A stretch of DNA of 64,000 nucleotides, from NCBI GenBank assembly GCA_013239625.1, contig MU057036.1, forward strand, positions 13,511,075-13,575,074. Reading direction: 5' to 3'. This document shows, piece by piece, positions 13,846 through 26,269 of this stretch. Numbering within the stretch: the first letter of the stretch is position 1; each line of letters begins with the position of its first letter. The notes under the pieces are model-generated. The model saw only the letters and a list, made by a program, of their open reading frames with translations. It was not told the DNA's origin and ran no database searches. The stretch comes from Lama guanicoe. Taxonomy: Eukaryota. The position numbers and the translations under genes are program-made.

Positions 13846-14483
13846 TTGGAAGCAGACTTTTTAATATCTGATCTGCAACTTGCTATTGAAATGATGCTGG
13901 GCAAAGCACTCTGGTTTTCTGAAACTGGGTTTTCTCTTCTGTAAAATGGGCCAGTCATAATACAACACAGAACCATAGGAATTAAGTGAGATAATTTAAG
14001 TAAAAAAATAATACATGTGCCTCTTAAATAATAAACCCATAGTTGTTATTTTCTTTGATTCCATTATCCTTATGGGTCAATTAAATATTATTTCTTTCTA
14101 ATGTAGAAAGTTTCTATCAGAGCACATATTCAACCCAGGTCTAGTGCTGGAACCAATGACTCTGCTCCTACTTTTCAGAATGACAGAATAATTATTTCTC
14201 TATATTGGTGTCTTGGCAAAAGAGAGGCAGGGAGCTGGAAGCAGTAAAGGTTTGACCTGACACCCCCCCCACAAAATGCTGTTAATATAGATTCGTGATA
14301 TTTGAGTTGAACAGTCTATGTATTGGAATGTTAATAATATTCTCATGTGGGGCTTTGAAAGTCAGAAGGGGCGGAATTCTCAACTTATGGCAGTTGTTTA
14401 GAAAATTATCAGTTAATATCTTCAGTGCCTATAAAACACATTGTAGATTGTGTTTTTGATGTGCAAAGAGCTCCTTTATTCTT

Positions 14484-14941
14484 TTTTTTTAATTGAAGTA
14501 TAATTGATTCATAGTGTTAGTTTCTGAAGTACAGCATAGTGATTCAGTTAGACATATATATTATTTTTTATATTCTTTTTCATTATAAGTTATTACAAGT
14601 TATTGAGTATAGTTACCCTTATTGTTTACCTATTCTGTATATAGTAGTTTGTATCTGCTAATCCCAAACTGCTAATTTATCCCTCTCCACCCTTTCCCCT
14701 TTAGTAACTATAAGTTTGTTTTCTATGTAAGTCCCTTTCTGTTTTGTAAATAAATTCATTTGTGTCTTTTTTTTAGATTCCACATGGTATCCTATGATAT
14801 TTGTCTTTCTCTGTCTGACTTACTTCACTTAGTATGATAATCTGTAGGTCCTCCATGTTGCTGCAAATGGCATTATTTCATTTCTTTTTCATGGCTGAGT
14901 AATATTCCACTATGTATATATACCACATCATCTTTATCCAG
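14484..14941 (-). mobile_element. 5'-truncated L1 3' end with 12-bp TSD
   Basis: aattgaagtataattga...catgttgctgcaaatggcattatttca; TSD tcctttattctt at 14472-14483 and 14942-14953. Confidence 0.9.
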
Positions 14942-15039
14942 TCCTTTATTCTTCATTTCTGTTTTAAAAATATCTAAACATCTATTAACACTTAAAAAAA
15001 ATCTTTGGTCTTAAACTGTGCACCTCCTTGGAGGTTTAT

Positions 15040-15311
15040 CTTTAGGTTTGGGCCCAGACAGGACTTGGCTTATAGACACAGTTCAAGAGCCCTGTTGGTC
15101 CGAGTAGTGCTGCCTCTCCCAGCCTAGTGTCCCTTTCAGGAAGATCCAGAGGTAAAGAGTGTGGAAGCAGGTAGGGCCTGCTTTAGGTAAGGGCCCAGAC
15201 AGGACTTGGCTTATAGACACAGTTCAAGAGCCCTGATGGTCCGAGCAGTGCTGCCTCTCCCAGCCTAGTGTCCCTTTCAGGAAGATCCAGAGGTGAAGAG
15301 CGTGGAAGCAG
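15040..15311. repeat. 141-bp-period tandem duplication (about 1.9 copies)
   Basis: ctttaggt..gggcccagacaggacttggcttatagac... starts at 15040 and again at 15181, with about 6 substitutions. Confidence 0.95.
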
Positions 15312-17025
15312 AAGGCTTTACTGTCAGAACAGTGATAGAGAGACCTCTTTGCCTTCCATGAAACTGAGACCTGTTTCAGCATCTGTTATTTTCAGCAGCA
15401 CCTGTGTCTTTCAGTGCCTCTCTTACAAAGGAAGGCAATGTCGAAAGATATTTTTGCTGTTCAGTATTTTTTTCACCTGCCTGTAATAGATCTCTGTAAT
15501 AGTTGGAAAGGGACATGGACTAAACTGGGTAATGGCTGGGATACCCAGAGTTATATGACTCTGGTGCCACATTTGCAGTCACCATTAACCTAAAGAACCA
15601 CAGGACACCTATATGACTGGTAGAATTTAGTATAATGGCACATTCATATAGTGAAATTAGAAGTCTTAAAGAGTCACCAATTAAACATAAAGGGGCCCAT
15701 GTGACCAGAGAGCTGTGGTGTGAACATCACTGCCTTAGAGAAATGGAAAACCTCTAAGATCAGATGCATCCAAACTAAGAGCACTTACATATTTCATACT
15801 CTTACCTATTTGGCGTTTGGAAATCTATAGACTGTTCTTGTGTATATCATTTGCATAATATTTTTTGTGTGTCAGCGTGTCACACTTTATATTTTCAGAT
15901 AGTGCTCAGGCTTCAGAGTAAACTCTGCTTTTACTGAGAGAACAACCTGTAGTTACACATTTATAACTGGTTTATCGAAGACTTAATAAACAGAGCAACA
16001 TGTAATGGTGCATTTCCCCCTCTCCAATCGTATTTAACTACTACGCTCTGTTGAACATCATTTTTCATTTCTTAACCACGTGTTGGGAAGATTCCTCAGC
16101 TTTGCAGTAACTTTCAGACACTAAAAAGTTAAGTTTGGGTAGGATGTGGAAGTTGGGGCAGGCGACACTCCCTCTGACTCCACCTGGAAACAAGCCCAGT
16201 GTTATAAACATCACACGTGAGAACATCGCCAAGCTGTGAAAGCCATATCGACAAGAGAAACTAAAATTCCAGAAAGAGGAGGGCCTTTTGAGCTAAGCTC
16301 TCAGGAGCCTGTGATTTCTCCTCTTCGGGCATTTGGTAGTTCTGAGAGGGGGCTGGAGAACTAGACTTCTCCTGGACACCGGGCGGAGGCTGCTCAGGGA
16401 AAGAGAAATCGGCAGAGCTTTCGGCAGTTGTGTTGAATGCAGTGAGAATCTGAGACTTCAGGGACCTCAAATCAGTGGCCGATTTTTTCTCAGAAGAGAC
16501 TTACTGAGTTCTGACCTCTGCAGGAGGCCGAAGAACCAAGCCAGAGGCTTCTAAAAAGCAGAGTGAAACCTCCCACCGTTTCACAGTGCTTAGGAAGCCA
16601 GGGAAAGGGGCCAAAACCAGGCAAGAACCACAGCCTTAGAGGGAGTGGTGAATTGACACTGAGGGACTAAAAAGCCGTTTGTCACCTGGGGCCGTTCACA
16701 GATTCTCCTGGTAGCTAGAAGTCTGAGTATCAGTCTTTGCTGAACACACAGCGGCAGCTGGCAAACCGAGAACCCAGCAGAGATTTTGATTTTCATGTGT
16801 AGCTGAAATGACAAATTTAGAGACCAAAGTGGGACTCCAACTCATGGCTGGCCTGTCTCTAAAGACATTTGCCAGATTTTGAGGCTGTGTGAGGCCCAAA
16901 ACAGAATAGAGGTGCTGAGACATCCAAGAATCTCCGGCATACTTTCAGGGTAGAGGAGCAAAGACCAGCGAGGCTCTCCATTGAAAGTTCCAGAGGGTCA
17001 GACCTTGCAACACAGGCAGACTGAG

Positions 17026-17385
17026 TGTCTTNNNNNNNNNNNNNNNNNNNNNNNNNNNNNNNNNNNNNNNNNNNNNNNNNNNNNNNNNNNNNNNNNNNNN
17101 NNNNNNNNNNNNNNNNNNNNNNNNNNNNNNNNNNNNNNNNNNNNNNNNNNNNNNNNNNNNNNNNNNNNNNNNNNNNNNNNNNNNNNNNNCTCTTCCAAGG
17201 GTCATCCCTTTGTGTTTGCAACCCTGGTGTCTCTTCCTTTACTTATCAGGAAGCCGGTCCTATTGCATTGTGGCCCCACCCTAATGGCCTCATTTTAATG
17301 TAATTACCCTATCTCCAGTGACAGTCATATTCTGAGGTACTGGTGGTTAGGGCTTCAGTATATGAATTTGGGATTAGGGGAGTAG
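17026..17385 (-). mobile_element. MLT1A/B/C-type MaLR LTR (partly in gap 17032-17189)
   Basis: ggccccaccctaatggcctcattttaa...gtcatattctgaggtactggtggttagggcttcagtatatgaattt. Confidence 0.75.
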
Positions 17386-17969
17386 GGCTTGGGTGGAGGA
17401 GTTGGGAAGGTGGAGATTTGGCCTCCAACACTGAGTCTTCCCAAAATCCCAGCCCAGCTCTGTCCCAGATCAATCCCTGACTTGATGATGAGAAAACAGC
17501 CTTTTCCCCGAGACATGATGCCACAAAGCGTAACAAAGGAAAGGGCATCTCTGAAAGAAAATACTATCTGGAACTTTTACAGGTGCTTGTCATTTTTTTT
17601 TAATTACTAGATCCCTTCATAACCAGAAGAATAAACTCCATTCCTTATTTAGACATGTTTCCATGAAAATGAATACCTACTGTTCTCATCTATGATGTTT
17701 CACTCAAAAGCACCCTAGACCAGACTTTCTCAAACTTTAACATGCATATGAATTACTCGATGACATGAGACTGATTCAGTATGTCTAGAATGAACCTGAG
17801 ACTCTGCATTTCTAAAATAAGCTTCTAGGGCATGGTCCTCAGACCATCCTCCTGACCAGCTGCCGACCAGTAGGTGATGGTTGTGCACACTAGAGCTTAA
17901 GAAACATTGCCCAATAAATAATGTCTAAGATTGCTTCCAGTTCTGAGTTTTGTTAACTTTTATTTAATT

Positions 17970-18110
17970 TCTTGTAATAAGCTATAATGGAAAATAATCT
18001 GAAATATACATGTATGTATGTATGTGTGTATATATATATATGTAACTGAATCGCTCTGTTGTACATCTGAAACTAACATCATAAATCAACTACACTTCAA
18101 TTAAAAATAA
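17970..18110 (+). mobile_element. Short L1 3' terminus
   Basis: cttgtaataagctataatggaaa...gtaactgaatcgctctgttgtacatctgaaactaaca...aatcaactacacttcaattaaaa. Confidence 0.8.
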
Positions 18111-18253
18111 TTTTTTTTTAATTTAAAGAATGTGTTTCCAAAGAAGCTTTATTCTAACGCTGGACCATTGCACATTGCATTTTTGTGAACTTGTTTAGGA
18201 TTTGGGGTTAGTTTATGAGGCTCACACTCAAAAAAAGCTCATTTATTTTAGAG

Positions 18254-18431
18254 CAGTAGTTCTTAGCTTTGGCTGCACATTGAAATCAAGTGGGGAATGA
18301 GCCTTATAAATTACTAATGCCAGGATCCTTTCTTCAAAGATTCTGATTTAATTATTCTGGAATTTGGCTTGGAAATTGGCATTAAAAATATCCCAGATGA
18401 TTCTAATGTGTTGTCATGATTGAGAACCACT
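18254..18431. mobile_element. MER5B-like hAT-Charlie MITE
   Basis: cagtagttctta...ggctgcacattgaaatca...gattctaatgtg...tgagaaccact, with inverted termini. Confidence 0.75.
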
Positions 18432-19373
18432 CTTTTAGGATAGCTTTTTTTTTTTTTTAACTGAAATAGTACTGGGCCTGCTTTGACCACTCACCTCATT
18501 TGCCAGGCCCATTTCTGGTAAAAGTAAGTAAATACTGATAACAGCCCACCTGAAGAAGAAGTAGGATTTACCTAGTGTTGTTAGTTGCGTACATTTTTCA
18601 CAGGAAGTTGTTTTTTTTTTAATCCTTTGGCACTGGATAGCTGCTGCTCCTTATAGACTGAGAATGTGATTTCCATTTTGCCACAGTCCTCCCCCATCCC
18701 TATTGTCTCTTATTCTCAGCCCATTTCTTTCATTAACTTAACCTGCTTGGAGTCTTTGGGTATATGAGTTTGCAACACCATCTCTACAATAATCAGTGAG
18801 ATAGTCAACTAGAAGTTAAACATATTTAAGGAGACATTTTAAATGTACTTCCCAGGGGTATTTCAGATAAAATTTTCACATTGCACAGGTAGTTTTTCTA
18901 GGTTATTTCTAAGACCCCTTCCATCTCTAAAATTCAGTGATCTAAATAATTTCAATTTGTACATCAATCATTTTCTCCATCTACAACAAAAATTAAACAA
19001 TTGGAAAATCAGTATCTAAGAACTGACAGGTTTTAGACAGTTGAAGATACTTGCCAATTATTATTACATGATTTGACTCTTACCATGTTGTTAGTATTAC
19101 CTAAGGGAATACTATGTCTTCATAATCTCTGAGATCGCCAGTGTTTATAATAGTGGCTGGATCATAATAAGTACTTCATGTGTATTTGTTGACATTAAAA
19201 TAGTGAATTAGGATTTAATGTTAGCTATTTTTCTTTATTTCTTCAGAGCCATAAACTGAATTCAAAATTTCACTTAGAACATATGGGAGGTCTGAGTTAT
19301 GCTGGCTGCTGAAACAAATACAAACATCCAAATTTCAGTGTCTTAGCACAATGGAAGCTTAGTTCTTGGTCAC

Positions 19374-19837
19374 TGTGGTGGACAGAATTCTAAGATGGCC
19401 CCAAGATCACCACCCCATGTTGCACATGCCCTGCATAGTCTGAAGATCTAAAGTTTGAGAAGGTTTTGATGCAAAGGGGATTCTTTGTTGCTGGATTTGA
19501 AATGGAAGAGGCCATGTGGCAAGGAATGAGGGTGGCCTCTAGGAATTTATAGCAACTTCCAGCTGTCAGCCATCAAGATAATGGGGACCTCAGTCCTAGA
19601 GCTGCAAGGAACTGAATTCTGCTAACAGCCTGCAGGAGCTGGAAGCTGACCCTCCCCTAGTCAAGCCTCCAGATGAGGATGTGGCCAGCCACCACCTCCA
19701 TGTGAGCTTTGCAGATGAGGAACCCAACCACACCAGGCCTGGACTTCTGACGTACAGATGGCGAACTCATAAATGAATGTTGTTTTAACCAGCTAAGTTT
19801 GTGATCATTTATTACATGGCAGGAGAAAGCTAATGGA
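19374..19837 (+). mobile_element. MLT1E-like MaLR LTR nested in an older, oppositely oriented MLT1 (~19285-20100)
   Basis: tgtggtggacagaattctaagatggcccc...ggaactgaattctgctaacagcctg...gttgttttaaccagctaagtttgtg. Confidence 0.8.
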
Positions 19838-21244
19838 TTCAGTTAGCAGCCTATACTGGTAGTGACAGTTGGTGGATGGCTTTTTTCATGTGGTCATTCT
19901 CGGACCCGCGTGCAGCTCTGCAGCCACTTACGAGCTGGACTCCTTGGAAGGAGATAAGGGAGTTGAGGGGGCATGCTAGATCTGCTTCTGAAAAGTCTAG
20001 TTCAGATGCAGCAGGTAGCCCTTCTACATATATTTTATTGCCGAAAACTAGTGTTATGGTTACCTGTCAATACAAGGTATCCTAGGAAATATAATCCGGA
20101 CCAGGCAGCTTCCTCCCAGAAAGTTCATGTTGTGGAAGAGGCTAAACCCTCTGTCGCAGTTAGGCTTCCATGTGTTTGAATATTAAGGCAATTCTGTATC
20201 TCATTCCCAGTGGAACAAGTAAATGTGATGATATCACATACTCTAATCTGAGATGCACAGAGGATTAGAGTAACATTTTTATTAAAAAAAAAAAGAGGGA
20301 TGTGCTTCAATGACATATTCATTATCAGAGACTTTCCCAGATGTGACAGTAGTCAGAGGAAAGGATCTGGACGTTCTTCTTGCACCAAACATGTTTTTCC
20401 ACTATTGCCAATGCCTCCCCCTCCGCCTTCCAGCTGAGATCGCCCAGGGGAAGATTTCTCCTTCCTCACCTAGCAGTGAGATCCAGGCCTCATCCTGCTG
20501 CACAGAGTCATGGCAGCTTGGCCTCCCTTCTCTGGATCTGGATTCCCAGCCGTGTCCTAGCGTTACTCACCTATGCGAAGTACAGCAGTCACCCTCCTCC
20601 AGTGCTCAGGGCAGCGGGGCCCAGGCTCTTTGTAACAAGGATGAGTAGTTTAAGAAGTTTTTCTCCAGGGGTTGGAGTGCTGTGTTCAGCCACTGCCATG
20701 GTAGCTCAAGCAGCCTCTTGCTTGGGAACAATTCAAGTTCAGGGACAAGTCGATAAGGATTTGATGAAAGCGTGTCACTCACGATACGCTACCTGGTTTT
20801 CCCTTTTTTTTCCAGAGTAACTTTAGTACATGGAAATTTGAGCCTATGAAGCTGATAAAGAAGGAAATGAATTTGTTTTCCAGGAACTTTAAGAGATATT
20901 GAAGATGGAATGTACATCTACATGACCTCTCCTAGTAATTGATCTTTCTTGCTTTATTTGATATCACAAAAATCTAAGCAAAAGGAAGTTATAAGAATTT
21001 TAAACTTGTAGTCAGGCAGGCATTCTTATGTTCCAGGAAGGCTTAGGGAGGGGGATGAAAAACAGGGAGAAGAAATGCTAATAAGACCAAAAAAGGGAAG
21101 ACAGCTTACTAAGAAAAGCCAGTAACTCTCAGGAGGCATGACATTGCAGGGTGAACTGGAATATTTCAGATGCTACAGTGACCGTCATTGCTTCATCCCT
21201 TTCTCATCTAAATCTGTCCAGGATTTATTGTTTTTTTCAGTGAC

Positions 21245-21405
21245 ATAGTCTTCCCTCCGGTCTTGTCTCCCTGTCTCTCTGCCTCCTCCTGTGTGTCCTC
21301 TGTCACCTCTCCCCTCTTCCTTTCTTCTTTCTTTTCCTCCTTTCCCTCTTCGTTTTCTCTCTTCTCCCTTCCCTTCCTTTCTTGCCTCTTCCCTCCTTCC
21401 CTCTT
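21245..21405. repeat. CT-rich low-complexity tract
   Basis: Almost pure pyrimidine run on the + strand. Confidence 0.85.
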
Positions 21406-22635
21406 GGTGTCAGGTACTGCTCTATGTGCTGGAAAGAGTACTACCACCGCCTATGGGTCTGTTTTAATTCCATGTTCAAGATAAGAGACGCAAAGAGGTT
21501 AAATGATTCTCCCAACGTGACTCTGGTCAGAGCTGGTGTGATTGATGGGATTCTGATCATGTCACTTCTCTACCCAAACACCTTCCTTGATTTCCTGTTG
21601 ACCGCAAATTTTCCTGCAGCTGCAATGCTATAACATGATAGATAGACCTCTGTCTAGGCAAATGGCCCCATCTCTTTCCCCAAACATATTCGACTCTTGT
21701 CCCTTCCCTGGAGGCCCCCATGCTATAGCAGCATCAGAATACTCACTCTTTTCCAAACACAAATGGGCTTTTTCATCTCCATGATGCATACCTGTTATAT
21801 AACACCCCACTTGCTTTGTCATAACTTCCCCTGCCTGAAACTCCTATTCATTCTTCAAAACCCAGACCACCTCTGTGTGAAGCCTTTCCTGACACTCCCA
21901 GGCTCAGTGAGTAACTCTTCACTCTGAATGCCCACAGGAAAATGCTCACTACAGAACTTATTACATTATCCTGGACTATTCAGACATTTGTCCTGTCCAC
22001 TAGACCCTAAATTCCCAAAGAGTGGGGATAAGACCTTATTCACTGGCAAGCCCAGTGTTTGCCATGTGGTTTGTGTTCACTGTCAGGAGGGATATATATT
22101 ATGTGAGAAAAACATCATTGATGTGTAATCTATATGTTATAACATCAGTAATGTTAAACTTAAATATACAAGTTTTAGAACTGGACATATATACTGATTT
22201 AAACAAATATATCCTATAAAAGTCTGACTTTATAAAACTTAAAATTGGTTTACAATTTTATCTTTCAGTTCTTCTAAATCAAGCACTCTGCTAGTGATTT
22301 AGACATGCCTTGATTTAGGAAAATATACATATATACACAAACTCACACTTTATGCAGTTCTGTATACATTTACCCTCACCAGTTTCTGACTTCTTTAGCT
22401 TTATTTCTAAATTTAAGCATATCCACTGGATAAAGTTATTTGGAAGTCAAATATTTTCTTAAAATGTTGCATAAATACACACATATATGCATGTGTGTAT
22501 AGGTTGCAAGTATGTAAATACATATTCACCATACAAATTGTTAATTCTAATATACCTGTATTGTTAGTGTGTATGTACACACACTATGTATATAATCTCT
22601 GTATACACACACATACTGTGTATGTAGAGTCTGTG

Positions 22636-22671
22636 CACACACACACACACACATACACATACACACACACA
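22636..22671. repeat. (CA)n microsatellite
   Basis: cacacacacacacacatacacatacacacacaca. Confidence 0.95.
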
Positions 22672-22958
22672 TGCTCTATATGGTCCGTTACAGCCCACTA
22701 TGTATTAATATATATAGCTTCCTTGTTTTCTTATCTCCTGAGACTAGTTAATGATTTCCAGGTAATGAGACCGAATGGTACATCTGAACGTTCTGAACCA
22801 AAGAACATTAATGCAGCTTCAAACTAGAAATGCTCTTAGCCAGTGAGTGCTCTGTCATGAAATCCTGAGTTGAGTGCGTTCTGAAAATTGTGTTGTTTAC
22901 TCTGTTGGGATCTCTTGTGTCATTTATTTTGTGCTCTGGTGAGCAATTTTGAGCCATA

Positions 22959-23018
22959 ATGACTGACAAATTGTGCAGGCGATGGTGCTGGATCTGCAAT
23001 AAGGAAACAAAGAAAGAG
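22959..23018 (+). CDS. INPP4B: Candidate alternative first coding exon of INPP4B (MTDKLCRRWCWICNKETKKE)
   Basis: gccataATG context with A at -3, in-frame TGA at 22950-22952, 20 open codons, then a phase-0 donor GAG|gtatga that joins in frame to the exon at 24912. Confidence 0.5.
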
Positions 23019-23490
23019 GTATGATTGTCATTGCTGCACCTCCAAAGGGATTTTGTTTGAATGACCCCCTAAAATGTTGATCCATTATACATTCCTGAGT
23101 TCCTCTCTCCTACCCCTCCCCCCAGCCCTCTGCTCTCCAGTTAAACAGAGTGTGCATATATATTGCTCTGTATTCATTTGGTTTATTTATCTTGTCTTAC
23201 TTCAAATTAAGATATACTGGATCTAGGTTTTTATGTTTTCTTCTTCCTTTTACTAGCATTTTCTTAAGTGAGAAAGATAGTCGTGATTTCTTTTTATCTG
23301 AAACATTTTTTTCTTAAATAGAGAACCGTGGACTCAGTAGCTATACGTTAGAATCAATACCTGGGGACAGGAAAGAGCACTGATAGTTTGAAAGGTCTCC
23401 AGGTAATTCTAATGTACAGCCAGTACTGGAATCAGCACTCAGGGGAAGAGATACGTCTCCTTGTTATCTAAGGAGTTGATATTTCACCTG

Positions 23491-24356
23491 GAATGCAAAT
23501 CAAAACTATGATATCACCTCACACCAGTCAGAATGGCCATCATTCAAAANNNNNNNNNNNNNNNNNNNNNNNNNNNNNNNNNNNNNNNNNNNNNNNNNNN
23601 NNNNNNNNNNNNNNNNNNNNNNNNNNNNNNNNNNNNNNNNNNNNNNNNNNNNNNNNNNNNNNNNNNNNNNNNNNNNNNNNNNNNNNNNNNNNNNNNNNNN
23701 NNNNNNNNNNNNNNNNNNNNNNNNNNNNNNNNNATTCAAAAAGATACGTACACCCCAGTGTTCACAGAAGCACTGTATANNNNNNNNNNNNNNNNNNNNN
23801 NNNNNNNNNNNNNNNNNNNNNNNNNNNNNNNNNNNNNNNNNNNNNNNNNNNNNNNNNNNNNNNNNNNNNNNNNNNNNNNNNNNNNNNNNNNNNNNNNNNN
23901 NNNNNNNNNATGAATGGACTTGGAGATCGTCATTCTAAGTGAATTAAGCCAGAAAGAAAAAGAAAAATATCATATGATATCACTCATATGTGGAATCTAA
24001 AGAAAAGAAAAGAAAAGAAAAAAGAGAACTCTAATGAATTCATCTACAAAACAGAAACAGACTCGCAGACATAGTAAACAATTTTATGGTTACCAGGGCA
24101 AAGGGGGTGGGAAGGGATAAATTTAGGAGTTTGAGATTTGCAAATATTAACCACTATATATGAAAATAGATAAAAAGCCAAATTTTTCTGTATAGCACAG
24201 GGAGCTATATTCAATATCTTGTAATAACCTTTAATGAAAAAGTATATGAAAATACATATATGTATATATATGCATGACTGGGACACTGTGCTGTACACCA
24301 GAAATTGACACATTGTCACTGACTATACTTCAATTAAAAAAAATTAAAAAATAAAC
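23491..24356 (+). mobile_element. Young camelid-type L1, ORF2 C-terminus and 3' UTR (gaps 23550-23733 and 23780-23909)
   Basis: atgcaaatcaaaact...cacaccagtcagaatggccatcattcaaaa; 3' UTR acagaaacagactcgcagacatag...gactatacttcaattaaaaaaa. Confidence 0.92.
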
Positions 24357-24911
24357 ATATGAAAAGCTGCCCCAGATGACTAATTATTTTACACTATTTT
24401 CCTCTCCTACAATTGAGAATTAGTTTTCAAATGAGTCTAGATAATAGTATGTGACAGTTTGGCTTAGAATTCCTCAAGCGGGAGGGATATTCTACAAGGA
24501 CTGTGGGTTTTGGTGCCCATGTGGAGAATAAATATTTATAAGCATGCATGGAATGACTTGGTCTACGCCAACTCTGTCCTTTCCCCTGAACATGGAATGA
24601 GGGTTGCTCTTCAGGGAGATTAAAAAAGTGATTCATCTAAAGCCAAGATATCGCTGTGTTTGACGGAGGGTGTTGAGGTGAGGATCCAGGCCGCTGTGCC
24701 TTCTTAGGAGCATCAGGGAGTTCAGGAAGTGTAAAAGGGTGGCTTTGCTGGTGCACACAGAGGATGTTGTGCATAGGCACCTTCACTAATGATTAACTTC
24801 AGAAGCTGAATTGACGCCAGATGAAGGAAAATGAAACCCAGCACCTGTGTGAAGCTTCTGCACGGGTTTATACTCTAAAGTCCTACAGAAAATGTTTGTT
24901 TTTCTCCCTAG

Positions 24912-24962
24912 GTTCGCACCAGTGTCCTATCTGAACATAAGGATCCTCCGCCAGAGGTTGGG
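24912..24962 (+). CDS. INPP4B: INPP4B internal coding exon (51 nt, phase 0-0; about human exon 8, residues ~125-141)
   Basis: Acceptor tttttctccctag and donor GGG|gtaagt. Translates VRTSVLSEHKDPPPEVG, matching recalled human INPP4B VRTSVLPEHKDPPPEVG. Confidence 0.96.
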
Positions 24963-26269
24963 GTAAGTGTTTCTTATGTTTCCGAAAGGCACACACGTCG
25001 CTTCTAAATTAATCATTTGGATTGTCTCTGGCCTCCTGCCTGGTGGCTGACAAATAAAAATTGAGCTAAATTAACAGGGTGTGAGACTCTGTAAGGAGGC
25101 ACTGTCACATGTTTGCTGAATTGCATGGAAGTCATTCTCTGTCTCCTGAAAATTATTCTCAAGTGGATTCGTATTTGGTTCTGCTGGCTAGAGATGAGTC
25201 TAGAAATTGCCCTGCAGGTAACTGAGATGCGATTTTGCAGCCAACATTCTTGAACCAACAAGAGGCTGGGAAATTGCAGCTGTGAGCTCTACCGCTTCAG
25301 CAAGGAGGCAGAGAACCAACTGGCCATGGGACTGTGACGTTTTCTGCTTCCTGTAGTGCAGGTCAAAACAGAAGCTGCCACCCAAGCACAGCCCAATGCT
25401 GGAAAGTCCTGCTGAGGTCTTCCCGCTGCATCCCATCCATCCCATCTCCAGCTTCCAGAAGTTGGGGGAGCAAGAGGGTAATAGGTGATTTTGCTTAGAC
25501 AAGGCTAGACTAGGTAGTGAAGGCTACTGAAGAGGTAGCCCAGAAGGCTGAGTCCCTGGGATCTTGCATTCAGAAAGGAGGGAAAAGTTCGGAAATAAGT
25601 TGGGTCTCAGAGACCCTGTGGCTGCGCCAGCTGAAAAGCAGATTTGAAATTCCCTGAAATCCTCCGGGCAATTGGCAGCCTTCTTCCAGTGGGTATGGGG
25701 AGCCCTGTACTAGGTAGCATTCATTTCCTCGTTGGCACCAGATGCCATCCCAAGGGCTGAGAAGAACATCAGCCACCTCTGCATCTGACAGCGCAGGAGG
25801 AGAAGGGCACTTTGTGCTCTCATGCTGAGCACGGGCTTCTCGTGCCTTCCGGGGGCAGGTTGCATAACTCTTTGACTCAAGTGAACGTTCATGCCCTGTT
25901 CTCAGCGTCTTGTGCTGCTCTCACTTCCAACACCAATCTCTGTGCCAAGACTGCGTGGGCTTTGGTTTCTCCCAGAGGACCAGCGAGTCCTTTCAGCCTT
26001 AAGTCTCCATCCCCGCAGGCCACGTGCCCCTCCCGCTGCCCGGCCGCTGCTCCCCGCCAGCGGTCTTTTCCTGCTCAGGGCTCAGGTCACAGACTTCTGC
26101 CTATGACCACCCAGCAGACCTGCATCAAACTAGAATTGTATTGCAAACTATCAGCACACCCTTTACATTTCCTTTATATAATGTAAGGCCTTTTGAAATT
26201 TTGTAACGCTTTCAAAATTTTTAAAAAATTCTTTAGTGCTTTAAATTTTTCAGGAGTTTCATACATATG

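Noticed and set aside
16160-16990. Possible old L1 5'-end fragment
   Set aside because: Resemblance too weak to assign without a repeat search.
21208-21447. Glu/Lys/Arg-rich ORF
   Set aside because: Translation of the CT-rich low-complexity tract.
22762-22827. Possible terminal or poison exon VMRPNGTSERSEPKNINAASN*
   Set aside because: The acceptor has a poor pyrimidine tract with upstream AGs; the downstream ATG-donor unit explains the region better.
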